DNA of 64,000 nucleotides from Flectonema sp. DT1601 (taxonomy: Eukaryota), in assembly GCA_964019425.1 (NCBI GenBank), contig OZ025787.1, positions 124,001 through 188,000 on the forward strand, written 5' to 3'. Under the pieces are notes generated by a model that was given only the letters and a program-made list of their open reading frames with translations, searched no databases and was not told where the DNA came from. Positions 48,966 to 60,110 of this stretch are shown here, in pieces (within the stretch, counting starts at the first letter, position 1; each line of letters begins with the position of its first letter). A program made the position numbers and the translations under genes.

Positions 48966-50273
48966 TTAAGAACCAGACGTCGATATGACAGAAGCGAGAG
49001 AATAGTCTTCACTCAACTCTGATAAGAAATCAGTATTTAATGAAATTGCAATCACATCTGATTCGCACGTGAATGGAGGATGTTCCAACTTTCTATTAAA
49101 AAGATTGTGTGCAGCATTGACGATATCAAACCGAGTCGCCTTAGAATGATCATCAAATGAGGCGGAACCACTACAAATGACAAGTATTTGTTTTTCAGGC
49201 AAATCACTTCCCTTCCGAAAAACCTTGGGTGACTCCGATATAAGAGCCAGCGTTGCTATCCTACTCCACGGAACGGGTAACAGAGAAGGTACAAATTTCA
49301 ACTTTGGTAAGGACGCCTCCATCTGATCAACTAAAAGTCGAGATATTTCGGCTTCATTTATAACTTTATATATTAAGGCCCGGTTGCTAGCAACTACAGA
49401 TACAATTTCTGTTTTCGGTAAGTGTGATGACCTAACCACAGAATTCCAAGGGATAAGCTCACCAGCTGTAATTCTATGTGGTACCGTAACGTGACCACCA
49501 CCAGAAGCTCTGATTGGCTCGTTTACCATAACCACAATAGATCCTTTTCCTACTACAAACAGTGAGTTGTTACAGTCATGAGCTGTTACTGCATGTGTTT
49601 GTGCGAGTTGTAGAACGTTTTTCATTCTTTCAGGAAGTCTCAACTCACATCCCTCAGGAAGACTGTCTAAGACTGGATTTGATAATTCTATTGAGTCTAC
49701 TGTGTGGTATGGAGTTTGGAGTTCTGGTCGATTTCTATTATTCCCAGAAGAGTTTATATGTAACTGTTTCTCTAATTGTGACCACATTCTATCACATATG
49801 TTGTTCTGAGCTAAGTAGAGTTCTGTTACTCTTCCGTTGTTCTTCAACATTTGCAAAAGGCGTTTGCATGCTGCAGTTCCCAACCCGACATTTGTTAGAT
49901 CAACTTCACGAACAGAAGGATGTTTTTCAATTTCTTCAGCTAGTAGACCAATGCAATCATTACCTGATAAAGTTATTGAGTTGTGATTAAGGTACATGCC
50001 AGTGTTTCTGAGAATAAGTCTTTCAAGCAGAGGGAGGTATCGAATTGCTGCGATGCAGCTCCAAATTCCTTTCACTCCGAGGTACTCATCACTGATGTCA
50101 AAAATTCTCATTTTTGAGTGAACCTTCTCACCCACAGAGCAGGTTCTCAACTTACAAAGCGCCTGTTTAGGTACTTCTGCGATTCCAACTTCACGACATC
50201 TGTTCCTGACAGCACTAATCAACTCTTCTTGACTCAAGTGATGACATGTTGTGGTTTCGAATAAGTTTACCAT
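48966..50273 (-). CDS. RI-like LRR protein with degenerate cyclic-nucleotide-binding-like C-terminal region
   Basis: LERLILRNTG, VREVDLTNVGLG, VTELYLAQNNI. SLFVVGKGSIVV and ILVICSGSA resemble cNMP beta-barrels. First ATG at 50273 follows an AG acceptor. Confidence 0.7.
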   Translation of the reverse strand: MVNLFETTTCHHLSQEELISAVRNRCREVGIAEVPKQALCKLRTCSVGEKVHSKMRIFDISDEYLGVKGIWSCIAAIRYLPLLERLILRNTGMYLNHNSITLSGNDCIGLLAEEIEKHPSVREVDLTNVGLGTAACKRLLQMLKNNGRVTELYLAQNNICDRMWSQLEKQLHINSSGNNRNRPELQTPYHTVDSIELSNPVLDSLPEGCELRLPERMKNVLQLAQTHAVTAHDCNNSLFVVGKGSIVVMVNEPIRASGGGHVTVPHRITAGELIPWNSVVRSSHLPKTEIVSVVASNRALIYKVINEAEISRLLVDQMEASLPKLKFVPSLLPVPWSRIATLALISESPKVFRKGSDLPEKQILVICSGSASFDDHSKATRFDIVNAAHNLFNRKLEHPPFTCESDVIAISLNTDFLSELSEDYSLASVISTSGS

Positions 50274-51055
50274 TGTCACCTGTTTGTAGAAATAAATAAG
50301 ATAACAAAATATTTACAACACAAGATACCAGCACCTTATGATCACAACATAAGCTGCTGAAAACCCCATTCAGCACTACAGATCAAAGAACCTTTTTAAT
50401 GCTACAATTTTTTTTTTTTTTTTTTTAATATTGTGAAGAGAATGTTGGGCAATATCATTAAAGAGAGTGACTTTGATCTTGTGTGCCTTAAAAAACGTAA
50501 AAAAAAAATGAAAATGACACTACCATCATTTTCTTTTTAATAACGGGAAGTAATAGCTCCCAAAGAATAGTATAAATGTGTGTAAATGGGATTCATTTTT
50601 GTCTAAGATTCGGTAAGGAAAAAAAAAAAAGAAAATAAAGCAATCGACTTGTGGGGTTACAATATAATTTGATTCTTTTTACTCTTTTTAGCTTTTATGG
50701 AAAAAAAAAAAAAAAAAGACATTTTTTAAGAAATCTTTTTTAAGCTATTATTAAGAGAGAATTCAAACAGCAATCATACATTAATAAAATAATTTTGATA
50801 CAATAGAACGTCGATTACTAACGCGAATCAGAAAATTCCCAAATTCGGTAAAAAAAAGATGCTTGTCTGAAAAGAGCAAGAAAACTAGAGAGGAGAAATC
50901 TATCACCTTGACAAGTAATGTTGAGTTGCACCAACAGCCGTTGATGCGTCTGCTTTAGCCATCAGCGTACTTGTCATATGGAGAGATATAGAGGGAACAC
51001 AAGACATAGAGAAGGGGTGAGTAATTGAGTTGCGAGATTAAATGACTTGAAATGT

Positions 51056-51685
51056 TCACTTGTGTTTATCAATCAGACTTACAAGAAACTTGTAAGCAGA
51101 ACCCCAGGCCTCAGTGTGCGCACCAGTAAAGTCCTCACCTGACAGTTTGATAATTGAATTAAGAAGTGCATCACCAAAGAGTGACAAAGCTTCATCTTCA
51201 GGTAAGTCGTACTCTCGAACTCGAGCCAGTACGATATCTACAACAACACTCATGTTGTTGTTGTTGTCGTCAAGGATTTCCTTTACAGCCTCGACAGTAC
51301 TTATTATTTTCGTTGCCTGTTCGTCTTCCTTTCCTTCAAACAGGCTGCCATCTTTGTCCCCACTCTTTAGCAAGAGATGATGCATAGACTTTGCGAAAGC
51401 TTCCTTTGGTATTTTACACCAACTCTCCCTAACAAGTTCAATCTGTTGTGGAACTAAGTGTTCTTGCCAACTAGATGGTGGTCTGGCTCCATCATCAAAG
51501 TGTTTAGAATCTAACTTCAGTTCTTCGTTATCTTGTGGTACGTATTTACCAGTCGCCCAGCTTTGACGGTGTTTTAGTTCGTACATCCACTCATCAGTTT
51601 GCATTGCGTCTTCAGGCTTGTGTTCAGCTGTGTTTAGACTTTGAAGTCTTTCGTCTGAACCTTCCATTTCTGCGAGCATTTCCAT
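51056..51685 (-). CDS. Globin-fold protein (apparently lacking proximal His)
   Basis: QQIELVRESW (A helix), SLF (CD1 Phe), EQATKII (E helix), FGDALL...GEDFT...EAWGSAYKFL (G/H helices). Confidence 0.75.
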   Translation of the reverse strand: MEMLAEMEGSDERLQSLNTAEHKPEDAMQTDEWMYELKHRQSWATGKYVPQDNEELKLDSKHFDDGARPPSSWQEHLVPQQIELVRESWCKIPKEAFAKSMHHLLLKSGDKDGSLFEGKEDEQATKIISTVEAVKEILDDNNNNMSVVVDIVLARVREYDLPEDEALSLFGDALLNSIIKLSGEDFTGAHTEAWGSAYKFLVSLIDKHK

Positions 51686-52231
51686 TTTTTTTTTTTTTTT
51701 TTTGAAAAACTTTTTAACAGATAAGTAGATAAGCTTTGAGTACGATACAAAGATTAATTAAACCAACAACACCAAAGGGTACTGTTGTAACTAAATAAGT
51801 AAAGAACTGGGTAGGGGAAGGGTGAGATAATCCTCTTAAGGATGGGTGTCGGGATGAAGATAAGGGTAAACCCTTTCCTCCTTCTTATTTTCAATTTATT
51901 CTTTATTTTTTATTTTATTAGAAACAACTTCTTCCTCAACAAGCAATATATAAAGAAAAAAGATTTAACAACACGAGGAATGTAACAGAGACTACTTTTG
52001 ACATTACCCATAAGTAATCTCCTCATCGAAGCAGCGACTTAAAAAAAGAGAAAAACCCGACACACAATACAGTTAAAATAATCAATTGTCTGAACCTGTT
52101 GCCGTAAGGCACAAGTCGACAACATTGAAACATATAAACAAAAGATAAATACCGAAACCAAAAGATGTCCGCAGCTATCACCGCTACATAATGGTAGATT
52201 TTTTAGGTTTTTTTTTTTTTTTTTTTTTCCA

Positions 52232-55200
52232 TCAGGAGGTTACAGTGGTTGGAGTAATGCTGTCAGCACCAGCAACACTGACAGAATCGGATTTACTGTC
52301 GCCAGCGTCTTCTGTTCCAGATAACTGTCCTTGAATAGCTGGAAGATCTCTTGATCCTGGTCGGGCTTCAATAGATGTTTCAGCTTCTTGAATTTGTGAA
52401 CGAAGTCTGTCAATTTCATATCTTTGTATTTCTAGTTCCCTGTTGACTTGTTCAGAAGTAGAATGCATCATCGTAGATTGAGCGATTGTAGTTCCCGTGA
52501 AGTTATTCTTCGATGTTTTATCAGCGGAGGCTGCAGTCTTAAGTAATCTAATTTCTTTACGAAGATCATTTATTTCTTTGATGAGAGTAATGTTTTCGTT
52601 CATAATTCGATTGGCGTCGCCTTTGTGCCCGTCGTTGTCTTTTACGAGTTTCTTCTTTAAACTTTCAACGGTCCTGCCAAGGAATTCTTTTTGTCTGCTG
52701 TACTCTGTATGAAGACCATCATCTGATACAGGAGTCTTAGAGATAACACTTTTAACGTGTTTCTTGTATAGGTTTGCAATCGCCAAGGACAGTTTACGTG
52801 GTTCTTGAATCTTTTGTACCAACTCTGAAAGGTCTGTACGGACCCTGTTTTTGTAGGTTTCGCTGTCTTTTAGTTTGTTGGATAGCTTGTGAATTTCATG
52901 TTGCTGTAAGTCAATTTTCCTCTTCAACTCTTCTATTGTGAGATACAGTGATAGGTTATTTTGATGATACTTTTCGAGGTCGCTATCCATTTCTTTTATT
53001 TTCTGTTTGGCTGCTGCTATTTCATCTTGTCTTGGTTCAATTTGACTCTTCAATTCTCTGATTTTAAAGTCCAGAACGAATTTGAATTTTTCCAACTCCT
53101 GATTCTTCTTCTTGAGATCGTAAATTCGTTTTTCTTTGTCTCCGATGGTTTCATCTCGTTCTTTTATTTCAGATTTTAGATTTTCAATATCCAGTTCGAT
53201 TCTACTAATCTTATGACCAAGCATTTGTAATGCGTCCATCAATTGGGTTATCTCTTCATTCTTATCTGCGATTTCCTTTTGAAGGGTCGTAAACTTCTTT
53301 CTCATTATTCCGTTTTCACCCTTGAGCTGTAAAAAGTGGTCTCTTTCTGTTGAAAGTTTCTTCTCGTAACGGTCTTTTATTTCCTCTATTTCATCGTCGG
53401 TGTCTTTTTCAAGTTGTGTTCTGATCTCTTTGTGTTCTTTGATCAGTTCTCTTTCATTGGCTCGGAGGTTTTCGCAATTCTCTTTTGAGACGTTTAGGGA
53501 TTCGTGAAAGCTTTCGTTCATTTCTTTTCTGGTTTTTTCTAATAAAAGTTCAGCAGCAGTCATTTGATCATCGAAAGTCTTTTTTTGATCTCCCAAATCT
53601 CGCGTTAGTTTTGCTTTTAGCTCTTCAGCTCCTTGAATTCTTGATTGGTAGTCAGCTTCCAGTTTTGCTATTTCTTGTCTGTGTTTCTCAGCTGTATCCT
53701 TTCGGATGTCAGTAAATGCAAGCTCCTGTTCTTGTTTTAGTGATAGCAACGCTTCAAATTTCGTCCATTGCTTTTCGGAATCTTCTTTGAATTGGTCTTG
53801 CATTTCTTTTATCTTTTCTTCATGTTTGATGTCTCTTTTTCTAGCTAAGTAGTCCATTTCAATTTTGAGTTCATCAACTTTTGATTTCAAGTCCTGAATG
53901 CAAGTATTCTTCTCCTCAAGATCTGCCTTGCTAATAAGGATTTCCTCAGCGTAGGTAACTTCTCTTTTTGACGGACCTCGACCATCTTTTTCTTTGATAT
54001 CGAACATCCACAGAGCACCGTCTTCACCAACAGTAAACAAAACAGATTCATCAAATGTAATACAAACTTTTGTTATTGGAGCGGAATGGGCAACAGTGTG
54101 CTCGGCTTGGTGCATACCATTCTGTACTGGAGTCGATATGACTTTTATAGACCCGTCTTCAACACCTGCCAGAAGTAGTTTGTGATTTGCCGCGTAAACT
54201 AAAGAGACAATAGGATATTCACCAACTTCCCATTCGTTGACGATATTTAAACCTCCCATTTCCATTTCTCGTAGCTTACGATCATTTCCAACTGCCCACA
54301 AAAGTCCAGATGAATGAGCCCCATTAGAAGTAACTGATGTGTACTGTACGGATTTCATAACGTGATCTCCTTCTTTTCTTCCCTCCTTCACATTCCAATC
54401 GTAAACAGCTCCATCTTGACCAGCACTAAGTAGCCGTGTGTCATCAGGTGGTAACCAAAATAAACATCTAATCTTACCTGTTGGTCCACGTAATGGAGCA
54501 ATAGGTTCGCAAGTGTATGTTGAATAAAGCTGAATAACTTGCCCGTGTACGAATGCGAAATACTGACCTCCATGAGAAAATCTACACTCAGGACAAGAAC
54601 GCATATTAAATGATTTGAATTCTTTAATATCATCACCGTATAGATTCATGAAGCGAAGCTTATCAGCAAACCCGACTAAGATGTGAAGTCCTGAGGGGTG
54701 CATTGCAATAGACATTGCTTCTACTGGAAACGATTTACATATTTCAAGTGTGTGTTCGATGTAGTTCCAAACTCGTATTGTGTGATCTTTACTACAAGTT
54801 GCTATTAAAGGTTTTCTAATACAAGTATCAATACCTGTAATTGGTCCAGTATGGAATGGAGTCACAAGGTATTCTGGTTGTAAACCATCTGCTTTACTTG
54901 TCTCTGAAGCAATATTTAAGACGTATAACTGTCCATGAGCACTATTACTACCATTACATGTTGATATCGCTAAGTAGTCTTCTTGTTGTGATAGTGATAA
55001 ACTCTTTATTATTGGATCTCCTTCAAAACCAGAGTCGCTGTCTTTCTTCGGATCAACTTTAACACTTTTGACCTTTCTGTAGAGTTCTTTCTCATCACTT
55101 TGTTCATAGACGCTGATCAGTCCCATGTCACCACCACATATGAAACCTTTTGACCAAACACAAAGAACATCAATTGATAATCCATCACTTGGAGAGAGAG

Positions 55201-55924
55201 GAAGGACACATTTAAATTCACAATTTTCAATGAGGAGGAGTTCACCATTTTCTGTGGATGCGATGATTCTATCTGTGTCTCTAAGCCAACGGTGACAAAG
55301 GATATTTTGAGGGTCTCGCTTACCCATTCCTCCAGGAGAGGGTCGCAGCTGTCCATCGGAAAAACGATAAAATTTAAAGACACCATTGCCACTTACTGCA
55401 ATGTGACATGGATCAGCTGGATCTATTGTACAACATGATACAAAGCTTTTATCATTCTTTGATCCTTCTCGGTCTCCTGCACTGCTCAGCATAGCAAGTG
55501 ATTTCAGTCTGTCCCACGTCCAGAATACTAAGTTCCATTCTGGAGGGCCTCCTTGTGTTACCAAGTGTCTACAGTCGCTGCTGAAAGACAAACAAACAAA
55601 CTCTTTGCTTCCGAGGTCTTGTAAGTTTAGAGTTTTTCTTCTTTTTCTTGTTGTCGTGTCGCATATTTCTATTGAAGGACTTTCACCACACGTTGCTATT
55701 GCGATATACTTCTTGTTTGGTGTTACTGCCATCGCACTAATACCTTCAGCCCTCTCCTGACCAGTAATAAAACGTTGTGTGTTAGTAACTTGATTGTACA
55801 TAACGAATGTTCTACCTACTGGATATGCTACAGTCTGGTCATCGATGTAATGAACATTATCTTTTACATCAGCCTTCAGTCCGAACACATGTCTCCGTGA
55901 GGTTAAAGCAAAATCATTCTGCAT
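52232..55924 (-). CDS. CFAP57: Cilia- and flagella-associated protein 57 (WDR65)
   Basis: HVFGLKADVKDNV, FHTGPITGIDTCIRKPLIATCSKD, HPSGLHILVGFADKLR, EKRIYDLKKKNQELEKFKFVLDFKIRELKSQIEP. WD40 repeats plus long coiled coil. Confidence 0.93.
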   Translation of the reverse strand: MQNDFALTSRRHVFGLKADVKDNVHYIDDQTVAYPVGRTFVMYNQVTNTQRFITGQERAEGISAMAVTPNKKYIAIATCGESPSIEICDTTTRKRRKTLNLQDLGSKEFVCLSFSSDCRHLVTQGGPPEWNLVFWTWDRLKSLAMLSSAGDREGSKNDKSFVSCCTIDPADPCHIAVSGNGVFKFYRFSDGQLRPSPGGMGKRDPQNILCHRWLRDTDRIIASTENGELLLIENCEFKCVLPLSPSDGLSIDVLCVWSKGFICGGDMGLISVYEQSDEKELYRKVKSVKVDPKKDSDSGFEGDPIIKSLSLSQQEDYLAISTCNGSNSAHGQLYVLNIASETSKADGLQPEYLVTPFHTGPITGIDTCIRKPLIATCSKDHTIRVWNYIEHTLEICKSFPVEAMSIAMHPSGLHILVGFADKLRFMNLYGDDIKEFKSFNMRSCPECRFSHGGQYFAFVHGQVIQLYSTYTCEPIAPLRGPTGKIRCLFWLPPDDTRLLSAGQDGAVYDWNVKEGRKEGDHVMKSVQYTSVTSNGAHSSGLLWAVGNDRKLREMEMGGLNIVNEWEVGEYPIVSLVYAANHKLLLAGVEDGSIKVISTPVQNGMHQAEHTVAHSAPITKVCITFDESVLFTVGEDGALWMFDIKEKDGRGPSKREVTYAEEILISKADLEEKNTCIQDLKSKVDELKIEMDYLARKRDIKHEEKIKEMQDQFKEDSEKQWTKFEALLSLKQEQELAFTDIRKDTAEKHRQEIAKLEADYQSRIQGAEELKAKLTRDLGDQKKTFDDQMTAAELLLEKTRKEMNESFHESLNVSKENCENLRANERELIKEHKEIRTQLEKDTDDEIEEIKDRYEKKLSTERDHFLQLKGENGIMRKKFTTLQKEIADKNEEITQLMDALQMLGHKISRIELDIENLKSEIKERDETIGDKEKRIYDLKKKNQELEKFKFVLDFKIRELKSQIEPRQDEIAAAKQKIKEMDSDLEKYHQNNLSLYLTIEELKRKIDLQQHEIHKLSNKLKDSETYKNRVRTDLSELVQKIQEPRKLSLAIANLYKKHVKSVISKTPVSDDGLHTEYSRQKEFLGRTVESLKKKLVKDNDGHKGDANRIMNENITLIKEINDLRKEIRLLKTAASADKTSKNNFTGTTIAQSTMMHSTSEQVNRELEIQRYEIDRLRSQIQEAETSIEARPGSRDLPAIQGQLSGTEDAGDSKSDSVSVAGADSITPTTVTS

Positions 55925-58900
55925 GATTTGCTGTATTTGGTACCTGTGCAAATGAACAGATGAAAGAAAGAAAGCATTTAATATAAGTCAGCTTCATCTA
56001 CTGTTTCAGTTGTTCTTACTGGTTTGATTCCATTTAATTTATACTGTCAAAGAAGTGAAGTATTGACTTTGTTATAATTTCAGCTCTTTTCTCAATGACG
56101 AACTAATAGGGGGAAAAAGAGAAAGAAAAAAAAAGGAAAAAAAAATAGTTTAAAAAACTATAAACATTTTTTTTTTTTTTTTTTCATGTTTCTGTTTCAT
56201 TTTTTCCTCCCCAATTCATTTCATTTTATTTCACTTCCTTCCTTTTTTTTTTTTTTTTTTTTTTTTGTACACATATTATTCTTTTCTGGATCTCCGTAAA
56301 GAAAAACGGGCATAAGGTTTATTTTGTTGTTTTTTTGTATACTTATCTGAGCAAGTAAGACTCAAAAGGAGAAGAAAGAAAAAAAAATAAAAAAACAGAT
56401 GCATGTGTGTCGAGCGCCAATGCTTGGCGATGTCGACAGCAAGTGATCACACGCGTTTTAAAAAGAAAGAATAGCAATATAACAAAACAGAGATTCATAT
56501 TGACTGCTTTTGATGGAGAATATGAGAGCCAGATTCATTCCTCCTGTTGCCAATGCAGCTTTCTTTTTTTTGATCGTTTTGTAACACCGTAACAATTAAA
56601 CTGTTGAAAGTCATTTTCTCTTTTCCTACCGTTAATGGTTTCTATCTGTATTTCAGGCTTATCATCGCACAACATAATACAAGTTGGACGGAACAAACTT
56701 CAAATTTCCGAAACTCACTCTGTGATTGCTATAACAGGATTTAATCGACAGGAGGAATACGAAAAAAACAGTAAAAGTTCACAAGAAATGAAGGGTCCAA
56801 CCGCAGGCCACATTAAATAATTTCGGGCATGTTTCTGATTGCAAAAAGAAAAAAAAGAAAAAAAAAGAAAAAAACCATTTCAGATTAGCCTTATATTTCG
56901 TTGAACGCAAACACAATCCTGTCGCACGGACTGGGAAATAAGTCATGATTGTAAGAAATAACGGCTCTCAATTTGAATGTTTTCTTCTCCGACTACGTCG
57001 GTACAAAAAAAGAATGAAAAAATAAAAAAAAACGATTTATTACAAGAAAGACTGCGCATCGTAAGAGAGAATTGTCTTTCAGGCAAAAAAAAAGAAATAA
57101 GTGGAAGAAAGATTATTGTCAGACAGAAATGAATCAAATAACTAAATATAACTCACAAGCCATGCATGTAGAATCAGAAGATCAAGCACAACAGAGAGTA
57201 GAAGATGAAAAAAAAGAAAACGCACAAAGCAACCCCTTACTTCTATACAAACCATCTTGTTTCCTTATTTATTTCTCAGAATCAAGATGAAGGTGCTTTC
57301 CCTTGTAATTTATACGTTTGTTTTTTTTATTTTACGTGAATCACGTTTCGAAGAAGGGAGAAGGGAAATTTATATAATAAAAGAACAAAAAGAAGAAGAA
57401 AAAAAATTATTGTCCTTTTTTTCCTGTCAGGACCGTTTCTTACCAAGAGAAGGAAATATACTAAGCACTCATTGTACATAACATACAGTGATTGTATTTG
57501 ATACTTGTACCTATCTCCTTATAGCTTGTTTAGTGTCACTTACTATTATGCTTTGATAAAAACAAAAAAAAAAAAAAAAAAAAAATCATTTCTCGCGAAT
57601 ATAGGTTTAATTTGTTTTCTGCCGACTGCTATGCGCAAAATATCGCGTTGGTAACAAAGAGAACAAGAGTACAATACTCGTCACATATAATTGAAGATGT
57701 TTTTTATTGCCTCTTTCTTCAAGTCGAGAGAGGGGATTTAATAAGATACGAAAAGATCTATCTGAGAAGAATACCACAGTTCTTTGCACACAAATGAAAA
57801 CAATAAAAGTACTGTCACCATGAAACAAGAGGCATCGTAGCATTTGCCTGGTTTCTTTGGTGGAGGCCACGTGAACGTAGAGGGGGGTAATCGAGCGAAT
57901 ATTATATCGGGAAAAAAGAAAAAAAGGAAAAAGGGTACTGTTGTGCACATAAAATATGACATCACAGTTTACGTTATATTCTTGCTAAAAAACAGGAAAT
58001 CATAAATATAAAATTTACTCAAAAGGTGGGTACAGTGACGAGGGTAATAATTTCAACAAACCAACAGTTCAATTGGAGACGTCAGGTTTGAAAAGTAAAG
58101 AAATTTCGAGAAAAAAGTGGGTTTGTGATAAACTAAAGTTTTTCCCCGAAACAGTAGAGCCACACAAAAAATATTAGTGAAATTACCGAAACACTGCACT
58201 CTTTAGCACAGTGACTGGGTTGCCTGTTTAAAATACAAAGCCGACAGATCAAAAGCAGTAGTAACATACTGCTGACAATTAATCGTCGGATTAGTGTTGA
58301 TCAGGTAGCTGTGCTGAAGGTAGTTCCTATCACAACATTAGAAAGTAGGGGGGTGAATCTTTGACAATTTAAAAACAGTAACAACATGAGAAAGTAGGAG
58401 GGGAAAAATCAAAAAAGCAATAAAAAACGGGTCATTGAGGGTGTGGGCTAACACCCTTCAAAGTTATTTCTTTTTTTCTTTTGAGATTTTCGCTATTGGG
58501 GCACAGAGTACTGACTAAATTCTACAGACCGATCATGTAACACATCAACTCTTCATAGCACTGCCGTGTGTGTGCTAGTGAGGCGGTCTCTTCACAGATA
58601 GAGTCACAAATGAAGAAAGTTATAAATTTATTTTTACTGAACTGTGAAAATGAAATTTACTTCCTAACAGCGAAGATCTCTTTCATTTCTTCTTCTTATT
58701 TTTTTTGTTTCTTTTTTTGTTTCTTTTAAATAAAGTTAAACAGTAATAAACATTATAATATTATATATGTTCACCATCGCACATGCTTTTCTTTTTTTTC
58801 CCCTTTTTTTTTTTTTTTCTTTTTTAATTGTCTGGCTTCATCTTGCATAATTAGGAAAGAACTATTTTATTTTATTTTTTTGTATCATAATTCCCAATAA

Positions 58901-60110
58901 AACAATCGTATGACCACACCTGACCACTGTCATTTTAGCTTATTAACGCTTATTCACAATAAATGAGCCTTTTGTTTAAAAAAACAAAACAAACAACAAA
59001 AAGAAAATTATAAAAATGAGAGAGACAGAGAGAGCAATTTGCCACAAATCTGGATAAAGTAACGTAGAAGAAAAGGTGGAAGGGAGTTATTTATTATTTT
59101 GCATAAGTGAAATCAAATATAAAGAAATTTAATTTTGGTTGTAGATTCACTCTGCTTTCCTTCTTTCTTGCGATGAGAGTTGACTGCACAGCAACAAACC
59201 TAATTCCTCTTCGAGCTTCGCAGATTCAAAACTGTAATATACAGAAGCCCATTTCGAACTCTGGGAGGCAAACATCAACCAGTGTCTTGCCTTTAAAAGA
59301 CTTTTTTCTTTTTTTTTTTTTTTTTTTTTTTTGCTCACCTTACCGCAGCAACTAAGGCAACAGTTCAGTGATTTTTTTTTTTTTTTTTGTCTCTGTATCT
59401 TCTTACATAACAAAAGGATCTCCGACAGAATAGAATCAACGCTTTGATACAGAAGGGGTATGTGATGTGATTGGGAAGGGGACGCCGTCAACCCTCTGTT
59501 CTTTGATGCGTAACTTTTGCAGAAAAGTTTTTCCTTTTTCTTTCCATGTTCTGCAGTTAGTAGTACAAGAAATGCGACGACAAAACATCAAACTCAGTTA
59601 CAACTTCAACCATTCTGAAAATAGCTTCGAAGCCAAAGAGCTGCTGTTGAGTTCTTTGTGTTTGCAGTGGTTTGCAAAGTTTTATTTTTTTTTTGTTCTT
59701 TTTCAATTTGTCAATTCTTGAAGTGTGTTGCTGTTTGGAATTTCCAAACATAAGCTAAAGCATCTGATCTCTGATAGCGCAATTTAAACACATTCAGGGA
59801 CCAGTTGGTAACAGTCACTTACTTTATTACTTAGCAGGGCCAAGAGCAAGCTCCACGATCTGTTAATATTCGCGACATATTCTGTGCGGTTTAACAGAAA
59901 GCCAACAGACTTCAAATTCTTATCTTCAGAATGGGGGGTGAAAAGAAAAGGAGAAGGAAAAAAAATGAAAATAAATAAATAAATAAAAGAACCCTCAACA
60001 TGTAATAACAAAAATAAAGAAATCCTCCTACCGAACGTATGTATATATGAGAAATCATCGTGAAGGCTACGTTATTAAATCACCAGATAAAATCTACAAA
60101 AGGAAGGTCG

